NCBI GenBank assembly: GCA_010093815.1
Contig: ML996576.1
Direction: 5' to 3' (one strand)
DNA length: 64,000 nucleotides
DNA from: Pseudovirgaria hyperparasitica
Lineage: Eukaryota
The position numbers and the translations under genes are program-made. Below the pieces are notes generated by a model, which worked only from the letters and a program-made list of their open reading frames with translations, did not search any database and was not told the origin of the DNA. Within the stretch, counting starts at the first letter, position 1. Every line of letters starts with the position of its first letter. Of this stretch, positions 29,344 through 43,060 are shown piece after piece.

Positions 29344-29780
29344 ATGGGCTACCTTCTCTACACCCTATCCTTCGCTGTTGTCGTTATCGGCACAGGTCGG
29401 TTTTTGTAATCAATTCCGCAAAGCCTCCCGCTGACTCTAACTTAGCCCTCTACTTCACACGCGCATTCTGGCTTCCTTATATGCCTGACTTAAATCTCCC
29501 TAACAATCCTTTCTACCGCTACACCCGCCTATCTACTTTCAGCGACGACCTTGAGAGTGGCCTGACTTCATCTAATTTTGATCTGACGATTAACATCGAA
29601 GCTGGTGATTCACGCCAAGGACTTGATGACCGAGGGAAGAAGGAGGTTCAGAGGATAATGAAGAACAAGAGAGTAGGTTTTGACGAAGCAAGGCGGATAT
29701 GGATGCAGGAAAGGTTTAAGAGGGAAGGCATTGGCGCGGACGGACGGCCCAGAGATCCCAAATTCGTCAGTTTTTCTTAA
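29344..29780 (+). CDS. UPF0357 / DUF2015 family small membrane protein
   Basis: Hydrophobic N-terminus MGYLLYTLSFAVVVIGT, one intron, then FSDDLESGLTSSNFDL...DSRQGLD...FDEAR...GIGADGRPRDPKFVSFS. Confidence 0.85.
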
Positions 29781-30419
29781 GTGTTGGTTGCGAAATGGAG
29801 ACCTGATACGGTCATTAAATTAGCCAGCCGATGTGCCTTTCGATTGGCTGGTTTCTTTTGTATGCGTTGCGATTTTTGACTGTACCTTTAGCGAGTCGGC
29901 GTCCTGGAAGTGTGCATATAACAACACGCGATGCATGTTAGGGGATCTTAATATGCAGGAAAAGACCCGAACTTAAACTGGTCTGACCTTTTCAAGTCTT
30001 GGCTTCTGCATTGCAGCACGTTTTTGTCTCTGTTCATTCTATCAGGTCGGACTATAGTCTTGAGTATTGCGAACCAGCCACAAGCTCTGACAAGTATTCG
30101 CGTGATGACTTGCCTGAGACTAGCCTTTGTGATATGTAGATTAGTCTAAAGTCCTGGTATGTATAAATTAAGCGCGACGCCAAGATGGAATCATGAAGTA
30201 GTTGTGTTCTTCACCACCATAGGGTACTCACAAGTACTCATCTCGACGTGTTTAGACGTATGTGGTGCCTGGACAGATATTGGAAGCTTCGTGAAGAATG
30301 GAACTATCGAGCATATCAATCACGGGTCTATGTTGTCCTGATCAGGCTACGATTACTATTGAATATATAATTACAAGCTCTGTTGATACATTGGCAAGTT
30401 CATAGCCATCTCAAACGCA

Positions 30420-31447
30420 CTAGGTTCTCGGTGGCTGTCCTTGCTGCTGGAATCCTGGAGGCATGAAGCCGGGGGGTCCACCATATCCAGCCTTGGAAGG
30501 GGGAGGTCTGGAGGGCAGTCCAGATGGAGGGGGTGGTAATTGAGACGGAGCTCCATGTTGTGATAGATTGGGCGGCGCAAACCCAGAGGGTATCGACTGG
30601 AAATCTCTATTTGGGTAGTTAGATGGTGGTGCAAATCCAGCGGGTATTGACTGCGGAGCGCCGGGTCGTAACATCGGGGGTGGCGCAAATCCAGTGGGAA
30701 TTGGTTGTGTAGGGGTATTCGGTATCGGCTGGGGTGCTGGCGTCTCAAACATCTGCGGAGGCATCGCTGTCTGTGGTACTTCTACACCATGCTTTCTTGC
30801 TTGTGCAGCAAGCATACGCTCTGAGTCATCACCATGACGTTCGCCTTTTCCATCTTTCTTGTACGCGTATTGAACAGAGATTTCTTTATTCATAAGAAAT
30901 TGGCCATTCATGTTCGCGATTGCCTCATCTGAGGACTCGAAGTTGGAAAACGACACAAACCCATATCCTTTGCTGAGATTAGCATCGTCCCGAGCTATTT
31001 TGGGAGGCGCGATAAGGCTTCCGAAGCGGCTGAAGGTATCGTATAGTGTCTTCTCGTCTACCATAGGGTCGAGATTTCCGATGAACAGCTCTGCGCCCAC
31101 TTCCACAGTCTTCTGCTTGTCAGCAGAAGCCTTGTTTACCCTGATAGGCTTGCCATACAGACGAACTCCGTTCATGATCTTTGCGGAGTAATCTGCATCC
31201 TCTTCCGATATAAATTCTACAAAGCCGTAGCCTTGATGGGTCTGTGTTACGCGATCCTTAGGCAGGTGAACGTTTACTATGCGGCCGACCTGAAGCATCA
31301 ATTCCCACACAAGGGGATCGGTGACGCGTTCGTCGAGGTTTCCTACATAGACTGTCGCCTCTTTATCTTGTTCCCTACAGCTGATCAGTACGTCATCCTC
31401 TAACGAAGTCTAGTCTACACAGACCAGTGTCTTGTAGTGGCAGCCAT
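30420..31447 (-). CDS. HSH49: splicing factor 3b subunit 4 (SF3B4/Hsh49/Sap49)
   Basis: Short first exon MAATTRHW, then [17 protein letters not shown]; two RRMs ([18 protein letters not shown]), [13 protein letters not shown], Pro-rich tail. Confidence 0.95.
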
Positions 31448-31951
31448 TCCTACGTGAGAAAAACTGCTTGGAGTTGAGATAGCTTTGCAATATTGATCTT
31501 GTCGTCGAGGTCGATAGCAGATTGAGAATCCCGAGAAGGTGGGAAAATCTAAGTGGTGGAAGATTCCGAGTAGGTCGATCGCTGTGAGCAGAATGGTAAT
31601 TATGGGTGGTTTAAGTTGGGAGCGTCACGCAAGTAGTGCTAAGTTCGAAGAGTCGAGTGCAGAACGGTGTTTATAAGTATGACCGACGACCCGACGTAGC
31701 TTAGAAACATAGTTATACTGTGCCTATGACGAGATTTAGCATCAAGTTTCCAGGATATGCGCTTTCGAAAGGATGTCAAAACAGCTAGCGCAAGTAAGCA
31801 AAAGAGGTTAGAGTCACAGATGCTGCGGCTCGGTTGCCGAAATTCTGCCGGCATGCTAGCTTAGAGATATAATACTGGTCTGCACTGACTTGCAATCACA
31901 ACCCCAAAAGAACGCTGTGTGCATCATCCCAAACCTCGTATCACCGCCATC

Positions 31952-32318
31952 ATGAAACTTACACTATCGGAAGAGTCCAAGGTTCGCACCCATTATCCGC
32001 AAGGACGACATGCAACTAACTTCCGCTAGGAGCGCATCGCGAAGGTCATCGATGTTTCACGCATCGCAATTCATTAGTAAAACTTCTTCAGCACTATGGT
32101 ATTACGATTGAGCTAACATCTTACAGTGGCTACCTCCCATTAATTCTCTACCTTGGTATGTCTCGACGACCCATGGTCTTGTGCCAACCCTAATCCAATT
32201 CCCATCAGGTTATACTCGCAGCGAACCCCGGCCATCGTTCCTCCGGTATGCTCCAAACCGCAACACGACTGCTAGCATGGACTCATTTGAAAACAGGCTC
32301 TTCTCCCCCTTGGGTTAG
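31952..32318 (+). CDS. TOM7: mitochondrial import receptor subunit Tom7
   Basis: Five small exons give [54 protein letters not shown]; absent from the ORF track because of the introns. Confidence 0.92.
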
Positions 32319-33226
32319 ACGACTACTATGCGCATACCTTTCTCCCCTCGTAGCAATTCTTTCTATCTGTATCATATTCAACTCAGGCCATGAGCCTAAT
32401 GTATCAGCGCGAGATGAAGGAGTTGGAAGCAATGTATTTGTTAGGACGGAATTGGTGGTTTCAAAAGCATAACGAAATGGTTGTACAACATTGGGTCTAC
32501 TTGGAATTATTCTCCACAGAACACTTGCTGGACCTGATGCCTGATTGCCCTGACATGAAACTTAGTCATCCTAGTATGATATGAATTCAAGCAGAATGCT
32601 TCGATATATCGCGCTGGAATTACCACGTCTTCCTATGAGCAATTGTGCGAGACAGGATGCAGACATTGTCTGGTGCAAGAGCTTTAGCACGACAAGCCTC
32701 AAAGCACAGAGCCTCGCCAAGTCCTCTCGTGCATCTAAACCATAAGCGAGACGCCTAAAACGTGCTCCTGAGTTCAACATTGGGAGCGAAATGAAGAGCA
32801 GAAGGCAAGCTGTGGGGCTTCGCCAAAGAATAAGAAGCCATGGGTGCTGTGCCATACCGAAGTGCGAACGGGAGCTGTCCAGGGTCCGTAACCAATGGAT
32901 TCCCCCACGTGGGACCTCTTACTAACACCACCATCTCACCAGCTGCGGCATCACCATCCACTGTGGTGGGCCGGCAGCATGAGAACGCCGAGAAATCTAT
33001 TCGAGACCATCTCTCAGTACCTAGATCGGACACCATGCCCTCCCGCTCCGTGCCTCTATCCGCATGTGCCCCGCCATACATGTGGAGCCGGACAGGTACC
33101 TATTCCTCAAAGCGCATTGCATATGTACTCCTGTATACCCTTGATCACCCTTTGCGTTTTCTCTTTATGCCCTAAAAATAGTTATAGTCCCCGCCGAGTG
33201 CAGGGACCGGTCATTACATATCGATT

Positions 33227-35561
33227 ATGTCGAGTCTCCCTAGTGTTGGAGACATCCTTATGTTATCGCAACTTGCTTGGCGTATAGGGAGGGCATTTGT
33301 GGCTGGAAGCGAGGCAGCACCGCAAGGATTCATCGAAATTGAAAAACAGGTCTCTCATCTGTCAAAATCATTGAAATTCTTTGCTGAGGCTCTCTTTTCC
33401 AATCCGGACAACAATATACTCAACTACGCCTCGGCGGACACTAAGGATGGTGTTAGGAAGCTTCTCTCATCCATACAGCAGACACTCCAAGATCTCGACA
33501 GTCTCATCTTTGAACATCAAAGTACCGTCAAGAAAAGTACTGAGGGGGGTTGGACAGTAGTGCGAACATGGAGTCCTATGGTCCTAGCAAACTACAAGTA
33601 TATGATGTGGACATCTGAAGGTGGCTCTCTCGAATCGTTGAGGGACCTTCTACAAATGCATACGAACACTCTCAAGCTGACCACACATGCTGTACAGAGG
33701 TATGTGGCCCTGGTCGTATATTATATCGTTGTGTGGCTCACGTAGGCAGTAATTCTCTCTCGAATCTAGAAGAAGCAGTACGTAGTATATCTGAGAAGGT
33801 TCGCCGAAGGCACCGCGAATCAGCTACAGATTTCGATGAGAGAATACATGAGGTTAGCCGCTCCATACATGCAGCAGTTAATGGTCTTCCGAATACATCG
33901 ATGGACAACTCAGAGATAGACTCCGCGTCGCCATGTTTTCCGGCAGAGCTGGAAGACCTTTTGCCACCCCCGCCGCCTCTCAAAAGCTCCAGACGTGGAC
34001 TGTCCGCCCCGACAGCGGGTCAATCAGAACTACAAGCTTCGTCAGTGGGAGATCTAAGCGCACCCTCACGACCTTCGAGTCACACGAGTGGCTCCAGCTC
34101 GGGCAAGTTTGATCCGAGATGGAGCGCTCTAAGCGGGATGAACTCACGTCCTCTGTCGCTGAGTCGTGCCAGTATGGGTCGGGAAACGTCCATAAGAAGC
34201 CAAATGTCATATCAATCAGGCGACTTTCCTTGCGCAATGGGTAGTATGAGTCCTGTAGAACCCACGCCACCCCATCTCATGGCAACCGATCGACACAGCA
34301 GTATAGTGTCAATAGAACCTCTGCCTCCTTCAATGGTTATGGAGATTGATTCGCACTCGTCTCTGAATAGAAGAATGGATACACTCCCCGTAAGTCAGCC
34401 TCGAATTTCTACCAAATCTATCCGACTCGCGAATGCTGTCGCGACGGAAAGACAGATGGACAACTTCCAGGCTGATGCCTTCAAAAACTCTGCAATACTC
34501 TGTGACGTGTAAGCAAATCACTCTCCGAGCTCATGACTGAGGATGCTGACAGTAACAGACGAGGTACTGCGGTCGAATGGACTCGTTCAGTGCCTATCGA
34601 TCCGGAAGAATACAATCCATCTAATCCATACGGAGTCGAGTTAGTACAGGCCATGGAGTCATGCCGCTTGTGTATTGTCAAAAAGCGCGAAGTCTTACCC
34701 CAAGGAGAGACCCATATTGCAACGAGCATATGGGCTTTCAGTGACGATGGAGCCATGCGGATGCAGCAAAAGCGTAAGTAGTAAAGTCCACGAAAGCAAA
34801 CTTACTTGTGTATTGACCTGACCTTGCGTACAGTCCAAGACCATACACAATACATACCATACTCCTCATATTTTTCCTCGGAGAAGATCTCACTGTCGGT
34901 ACCTAGCGAGCTCAAGTTCCACGACGTCGTCTACGGCTCACGGCCGCTCCAAGTCTCAAGCACGAATTGGATCAACTACGTAATTGAAGACGCACAAGGT
35001 ATATGCCACATCTCCTCGTCTGCTCACAGACAGCTGATCTGTCATACAGCTGCCGCATCCTTCCAAAACGAGCTCATGTCAAGCACGCTCATTGCGCAAT
35101 TCAAAACTGAGAAGACTCTTCGCCTTCACGAAGGTATCACCAGCGTCCTCACCTACCAAGAGCAAATGTGCGGCATGGAAAACCTGCGGGTATGGGAAGA
35201 CGAAGTGACAAAAGGCATCTTCGCTATGATACACTTCTCGGCACAGTTCAGGCCTGGTTATTTCGCATTCTGGCTCAACAGTTCACAGAATTCGATCCGT
35301 GTGAAAGACGATGGCGGCTGTCAGGTGAAAGTCAAGGGCTTGCGGATACCGCACGGCATAGATGTTAAAGGAAAAGGAAAGGCATCAGATACGCTGCCTG
35401 AACCAAATCAGACAGCGAATGGTGGGAGGAGAGGCAGTGAGCACAAGCGATTTGTGACGGGCGCGAGGATTGAGTTCTCGAGCGAGGTGGAAAAGTATGC
35501 GTTCCTGGATTTGGTGAAGCAAGTTCAGCAGACGATGATCATGCTGCCAGATCTAATGTAG
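33227..35561 (+). CDS. fungal hypothetical protein with SesA/HeLo-like N-terminal helical domain and beta-rich C-terminal domain
   Basis: Consecutive ORFs linked by canonical introns; N-terminus SVGDILMLSQLAWRIGRAF...AP..F..I...V..L...L resembles fungal STAND/NLR N-terminal helical domains. Confidence 0.75.
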
Positions 35562-36328
35562 CAGAGAGAGGAGAAGTTGCATTTACGGCGTATGGTTGAT
35601 TTTTTGCATAGTCATGGAGACACTTGCGCAGTCAAAATACTGTCATTGAGTGGTGTCTTTTGCTCCTAGTTGCGAACGCATAGTAGACCGCAGTCAACAT
35701 TAGCAACGGTACCTGTGTTATGATAGTGTTTTTGTACGATCCAATTCCAACTTACATCTTATGATGCCTGGCATTGGATTCAGTCCCCCGTGCTATATGT
35801 ACGAAAGTGATAAATCTCCTCTCCTTGGAATGCATGCGTTGAAGTGCATACTGCTACTGCTGACTCGCTTCCTTCGTGAAATTTGGATGCATCTCGTGCG
35901 CGGAAACATCAAGAAGTGGTTCTCAGAGCGCACGCAGCTGTTGTAAAGAGCTATAATCAGACTTAGTGTACCTCAGCAAAGTTCATATCGTGGTAGGAAG
36001 ATCTAACATAGGTAATTAGTAGTGGGACAATGATGCTATAGAATCGCCGAGTACAGAACCACCTCGAAAGCGCTACTTCCTCTACTGGCTATGTCTAGAC
36101 TTATCACTTCCACGCAGTGTTTCCTTCGAAGCACACATAGTAGGTGAAAGTGTTGTTAGGGGCAAGGCGACCCATCGTCCAAGAAACCGTCGATCGATTG
36201 CACCAATGGCAGTATATCCAGCGCGGAATTGCCCAAGCTGGGACTTTCTTCAAATTACATTCCGGGAGTTAGTGTACAAACCAACTCGCTCTCTCTTTCG
36301 TTCTTCAACGTCAACCCAAATTCTCTGC

Positions 36329-36868
36329 CTAAATGGCCCTCCGCGGTACTTGCCTTTCCAGAGACTGCCCTTTCAACAGGACCCGGTCCCTGTTGGCTAC
36401 AGCGCTACTAGGACTCACCGGTAGTTGATTAATGCAGCTCCGGCGAGAGGAGACACCCTTTGCATCATTGGGCACCACCAGCAGCTCAAACTCTTCGTCC
36501 TTATGCAACAACATTAGTATATCTCACATATCCACCCGCGCAGGACCGCCATACCTCAGCGTTTCGAACGCGTTCAGAAGCTCACTAACCGCTCCACTCC
36601 CAGTGCTCGTCCTCATGCTCCACATCCTTACGGACTCGGAGTACCTCAAGTATTATAGTCTCCGAATCAGTAAATGGCGAGCGTGTAGAGCGGTTGTTAG
36701 AGCACCTAGAGTCTAGCAACGGCGGCCTTTCCACACCTCCACGAGGGTGGGGCGAAAAGGGCTTTTTATGGCCCACATGACCCTGTTTGCGGTGTTCTTG
36801 GTCCGCGACCAGAGGGACGGGCGACCAGGTGAGCGCATAGCGATAGTAGAGGAGGTAAAAGAGGCCAT
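36329..36868 (-). pseudogene. decayed gene relic of unknown family
   Basis: Good-context ATG (ACAATGG), coding-like segments in shifting frames with in-frame stops, and an intron-like GTATGG...ACTAAT...AAG followed by a GTGAGT donor. Confidence 0.35.
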
Positions 36869-39800
36869 TGTGACAGCGGAGGAGTGGTGATTCTGTGAGT
36901 TTGAAGGTCAGTTGTCCTGTGAATAGCTGCGATGGATATAGCTGCGTAGGTATAGGTATCCAGGGCTGGCAGGATGTTGTAATGTTGAGGTAAAGTTTTG
37001 GATTTGAGGTACGCTACGCCGTCTAAGTTGTGGGATTATGAGTTTAGAGGAAGGATCTAATGTCTTCAAAATCGGCGGAAAAGCGCAATTGAGTACTTTC
37101 CGTAGGGGGACTGGGTCTTTAACTTACGTAGGGTTTTCAGATGTTGAGCTTTGCGCTCAAAAGCTACGCGTTGTAGTAAGGTTAATATTGCTTTGGCTTT
37201 GTAGCTAGTTACTACGATCGTAGAGGGTGGTCTCGACAAGAGACATCTATCACAACAGTAGCCGGCCGTACGTCGGCTCAGGACTGTGTAAACAACGTTC
37301 TACGCCGTAGCTTCCACTTGTCATATACCGCCAAGGTCTTGGGAACCACTCTCTTAGCTTGTTCCATGATCTCATAGACCATAGCACAAGCACTAACCAA
37401 TCCCCATGCTTGTATAATCTGACGAATGCTATATGGTGTTGTATCTGGTAAATATTGCCCCTGAGTAGCCAGTCATGGCTCCCATCATTGGGGTATGGTC
37501 TTTATAGGGCTAGGTGCACGCAAAATGGTTATACGATCGAGCTTCGCAGATGTCGTCTCTGGCCAATACCAATATAACTGTTACGGCATGTTTGTGTCTT
37601 CTTCAACACTGCCGTTCCCCTTGAACTGGTAAACGGCTGCGCAGGCAGTGTGTATGGTTTGAGTGTGCGCAAAGACTCATACTGCGCCTTTTGATGTACT
37701 GAGTTTGTTTTTGGCAACTCGTGCCGGTGTACCACCGGTCCTTTGAAGTATGTCTCCCTTCGTAAGGTTCGTCAACACTTCTTGCTCTTCGTCAACGCGG
37801 ATCAACTGCTAGCGGTCCCAACGCTGTAGTATGTATGAATGACCCAAGCTCTTCCAATATTACCTCCAGTGATTTTTCATTGTGGTATGCCGGTTCCTAT
37901 TGAGCTATGAAATCAAGTTCGACGTCCGTTATGGGTTCTCTCAGATCTGGCTCAACTGACGTCTCTTTCTGCAGCTGCCCAACACCACGCGCCACGCCTC
38001 CAAGGCGTCATTATAGTTTTACTCCGTGTCGCTCTAATCTCCACCAGCGTTTTAAAGGTTCACTGCCATTGCATCCAACACGACTTTCTCGTAATCTGAC
38101 AAGGCTAACGTGACATCCAATAGGTCTCACTCTCGCCACATTCCGACTGTTTGTACGTCGAAAGCCCCAATATTTCTCCTTCTCTCGCGGCTATAGCAAG
38201 TTCTGGATCAATGGCTGACCCAAATCGATACAGTCCATCTCAGATGGAGTGTTGATACTCCAAGGAGAGACGGCCACTGCCCCTACAGCAGTTGCAGCAA
38301 CAGCAACAGCAACAGACAGTGGTCACCTGCCTCCAACTGCGGGCCGGCCATAACTCCGGCGTCTCAGCAGTGGGCCGGGGAAGTCTGGGCAGGCCTACCG
38401 CGACCTTTCACGGTGAGTGAGGTCATTCCAAGTTGGTCACCGCGATTGTGCAGTAAGTTGCCATCTGCTGATTAGCAACCTCATATATTGATGTTGACTT
38501 GTAGCAAGGCCCAGTAGCTCATTTCTGGTAGTCCTGACTTTGTGGTCCTATGTAGGGGGACGTGGTGTTCCTAGAGAAACATCTTCGGTGCTGTTGTAAC
38601 GCGCAGGGCCATGTCTTCCATTTCACAAGTGCCAGAGGCCAGGACAGCTTGATAAAAATGGCTTCTGGAGTACTGTCTCCTCATACCTCGACCATGCCGG
38701 ATTATAATTGCTGTAATGTCATTATAGTGCCAGATTGGACCCGCATTTGGGTCCCACGTAGGTTTAAGTCAAGCAGTTCTGGTCGTCCGGACAGGCGAAT
38801 GTAGGCAGTTCAAGTATCACTTATCTTGATTCTTGTTGTGACTTAAGCGCGAATATCGGCGTTGTAGTCACACATGTCGAGATGTTTACGTTCTCGTAAG
38901 GTCAAGAATCAGCAAACCAAGAGCATACTTTGATGCGGCTAGAATATGATGCCGCAGACGTGAGCTTCAGCCTTCTGAAAACACTCACTGAAGTTCTTTT
39001 CATTCGAACAACATAGATCTCAGCATTCTAGAATCGCACGCGGAGCCTCTTCCCGTTTCGATGGCACCAAAACCGATCTCTGTGAGGCACATATTGCCAG
39101 TACTAGGCTGTCAAGGTGCACTTATCGGCTTCCTACGAGCACACATGGAGGATGAGATGCCTCCAGAGCTCCGAATATCAGCTTCTCAGGGGTAGGTATA
39201 GAGTCTCACTCATTCATGTACCCAGTATACAGTGTCCCGAGAGCATACATCACTCAATGGTCACGAACTGCGGACGTGCTGTGCAGAGTGTCCACTGTCC
39301 GAGCGGCGTGTGAGGCAGCTCTGATAACGCGTATGATGGGTTTACAGGCTTTCTCTGTGGCCTTCCGTTGCATTACTACCACCACCATCATTTATCACAA
39401 CTCCTCCAGCATCCCTGGCGATGCAGCCAGCGTCTCGTGAGTCCATGAGTGCAAGCACAGCCACAGCCACAGGCCCAGGTCGCCTCGTCGCCCAGCCACC
39501 GGCAGCATAGGTATGGCAAACACTTGCGACCTCCTTAGCGCTGCGGGAAGCTTGTGGCCTCCCCCTCCCCCTCCCCCTCACCGAACATGTGGGTCTTGCT
39601 AGCGGCAAGAAGTCGCGATAGACGTTTAGAAGGCCTGTGCGGGCTTCACGTTTGGCTTGCGTAAGCCTTCACACTTCGCCCAACCATCCATGTATGGACT
39701 CCAGAATAGATGGGCTGCATCCCCTGAGTCCGGGCTACAGCCTCCCGTTAAGCTCAACTCCACAGCTTCTCGGGCAGTCAAGATATCGGCCTGGCGCAAA

Positions 39801-40217
39801 AGCAGAGTGGCAGATTCATCGATCAAAGCAATCTCCCGAGCTTAGCATCGGGAACATGACCATTCCCTATCCGGACGAAGAAGTTACATCATGTGCTTCT
39901 GTGTGGTTCGATTATGACAGCTTTGACAGCAATGGTCGTTCCTGCCCTGCTTTTGTTTTGATCCAGGCCTAAAGGGGTCGCGGGATAGTTTCGATTCTCA
40001 CCAGCTCTCGAGCCCCCACGTCCGCCTTAAAAACTCGTCTCTCCTCGCCGATTTTCCTTCTCTTCTTCACCCAACAACTCATCTTTCTCACTGCTCTCTA
40101 CCTTCATTCTCTTCTCTCTTCATTGCTTCTTGTTGGCAACCATTCCTTTACCTTCCTCCACTCTCTTCACCTTTCCTTGACCATATCTCCTCTGTTACCA
40201 GTCACTCATTCATCATC

Positions 40218-42290
40218 ATGTCTTCATCTGGTTCTTCCGCCGGTAGTTCGCCAGTTCGCGAGACTTTCTTTGACTACTCCGAGCCCGCCTCGCCAAATTC
40301 TGTCAATACTGCTGACACCATCCCCTCGCCTGGTTCCACTTATGATCATCAGCATCAAGCTGTGATCATTCCTCAGCACCACCAGTATCCCCCTCATGTT
40401 CGCGCCAAGATCATCGAATGGTCCAACATCTTCACCGGTCTTCATGACCAAGAAGTCCGTGACCAAATCTTGACGCTTATCCAGGATGAGGAGAAGCTCA
40501 CGGTCAAAGACGCCTATCGTTCCCTTCTGAAGGCGATTGTCTCTACGCCAAGCGATGTCCTCCGTGGTGGTATGATGGAAAAGTATCTCTTCGAGCTGAT
40601 TCACCCCTCCGAGTTCGAAGGTGTTATCGACACCTGGCGCATGAATGATCTTGTTCCCTTTGTCCGTCTCAATCCCGCTGAACACCGCGAGTACATGACA
40701 CGCTACCTCCATGTCGCTTGCAATACTGGGTCTTCTGAGGCAATCCTGGCCGGTGTCAACAACCTCGCAGAGTTTTTTGATCTCTTGAAGACAGTAAGCC
40801 ATCTTGATCCGATCTGAGACCGCTCGCTAACACCACATTCAGGAAGTTCCGCTGATCAACGAATGCACTGAGCTCAGACGCACTGTTGACAGCCAGTTTC
40901 TGTTCTTCTACCAGGACATCCGCCAGTCCCACCTGGCTAAGATCCTAGTCGACAACTTTGCTGAGAACCTGTTCCCGAATCTCTGCTCTGTTGCCTGGGT
41001 AAGCGCTCGGGTTTACAATAACCTCGCTCGCTCTCCCGTGCTCTATCCTCATAACGGCTATGAGACAATGGTTCGTATGCATATTGTCTCTCCTTTGCCC
41101 GTCACCGATCGTCAGTCGTTCATGACAATGCATGCTTGGGCCCAAGGCATCATTGCCGACTACGGTTCTCCAGTTCGCACCATCACCTGTGAGGTACGTG
41201 GTGGTAACATCGCGTGGGCCACTTACACGATTGAATTCTACAGTGTCGAGCATGCTATGCGCATGGTCGAGATGCAAGGACGTGTTCGCTCTTGGATTCA
41301 AGTAAGTTTCGCTCCATTTCTCATCATTTCCGGCTTCACATCTGACTTCAGCCAGACTCCCTCCATCGGCGGCATCGTGAGAGTTGAAATCATGGCGCCA
41401 TCCGAGCTCCTCTGTCTTACAGAACTTGTCCACAATGGCTTCCGTGGAGACATTCAGATCCCGCGCTGCCCACGTTATCCTCATCGCACTGCCTCAATGA
41501 TCATCGCTCCTCCCCACTTCGTTCGCGTCGACGATGTTCGCACCACTCTCATGCTTCGCAACTTGCCCAATGGAATGACCTCTGTAAGTTCTGCCACTCT
41601 TTTTTCAAGCTTTACTGACACAGACATAGTTCGAGTTGAAGTATCTCATCGACGGTATGGCGCGCAACATGTACAACTTCTTGTATCTCCGCATGGACTT
41701 CCAGACCGGCAACAACGTCGGCTATGGATTTGTCAACTTTGATGATCCCGATGCTGCGGTCCAGTTTGCCGGTAAGTGGCAAGGCTTGACTTGGATCATC
41801 AACCATACCACCAAGGTCGCGGCTGTTTCTTACGCCACTACTCAGGGTAAGGAGAACCAAATCGCTCGCTTTCGCAACTCTGGTCTTCGCCTCCAGCCTG
41901 CACCAAATCGTCCCAAGGTACAAACACACCTTGACTACAGTCTTCCAAGCTAATCATTTCTCAGCTTTTCGTCTCGCTCTTCGACTTCGCCGAAGAATCT
42001 ATGTCTGGACGCGCCTTGGGTGAGGAGATTCCACTTCCCCACGTCGATAACCATACCAAGCTCAATCGTTCTGTTATGAATGGTCGCAACAACGGTAAAT
42101 CCCTTCACCCAACTCATCTTTGCCTCTCTCATCTGACATTGTCACTTCAGGTCTTTACAGTCGCGCTCGCCGCACCGGACAGGCAAACCTCATGCAGGGC
42201 TTGTTTGACAACGGAAACCCACACAATCCCCCAGAGTTCGACTCTATCTTTTCTTTCGCTCATCAGTTCAGCGCTGTCTACAACAAGTGA
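40218..42290 (+). CDS. mei2: Mei2-like RNA-binding protein (C-terminal RRM_2 plus two degenerate RRMs)
   Basis: Introns 40794-40842, 41302-41355, 41584-41629, 41918-41964 and 42095-42150 join in frame; DVRTTLMLRNLPN...YNFLYLRMDF..NNVGYGFVNF...VSYATTQGK....RFRNS......RPKLF is the Mei2 RRM3 signature. Confidence 0.85.
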
Positions 42291-43060
42291 TGTGCTCTTT
42301 CCCCATCCCTCTTCTTTGGTTCGGCTTTTGTGTCTGGATCTGATGGTGATTGGCCAATGTGGTCTGGATGGATGTCGGTTACATCTTGTTTGCGTTCTGG
42401 ATTTGAATCTTCTCTTCTTGTATCGTCGGCCTAGTGGTCTTGACGCCTTTTAATACCTTCACTGTCTCTGTTTATCTTGTCGGCGAAATGGCGATACTGT
42501 AGCGAGATCTTGTATCTCAACCACCTCCTCTTATGGAGCAATACAATAGTTAGATACCAATTGACATCATGGCTTGTCAATCATCCTCGCTCTTTCTCGT
42601 CTCTCATAGTGACTTGACCTTACCGCAATAATAATAGACTTAGACAAGCGAATAAAGGCGAGGAATTTTCCTACCGGATCCAAAAGAGTCTCTCCATAGG
42701 GAATTGTTCACGTACTCAGCATTTGCGGGCACTCCTAACATCCCCCTTCCCCGTCGACTGCAACCACGACGATATATCAGCGCAACAGCCATAACCTTGT
42801 CACAAACACCAGCAGCGTTTCTAAAATGCACATCCGCATCTCTTTTCGCGTCCCTTAGCTATACCATCCCGCATTATCACATCAGCGCGCAGAAAGCACG
42901 CAATTGACGCACGCCTCGTGCACCACCACGCCGCAAGGTGCGCCACGACTGAGGTAACGCAGTCAAGGATAAGGGAATCTTTACGGCCGTCCGGTGTTTC
43001 AGACGTTCACGTAAGCCGAGGAAAACTGGATCGAGCCACAATTGCTACGACGATGCAGAT

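Noticed and set aside
30580..30710. IPxGFAPP x3 in the SF3B4 tail
   Set aside because: Ordinary low-complexity Pro-rich tail repeat.
32840..33175. ORF as an upstream coding exon of the 33227 gene
   Set aside because: The candidate donor at 33096 with acceptors at 33181 or 33187 does not join in frame.
40224..41484. Long antisense ORFs opposite the Mei2-like gene (and similar ones opposite SAC3 and GAL83)
   Set aside because: Shadow ORFs arising from codon bias of the sense genes.
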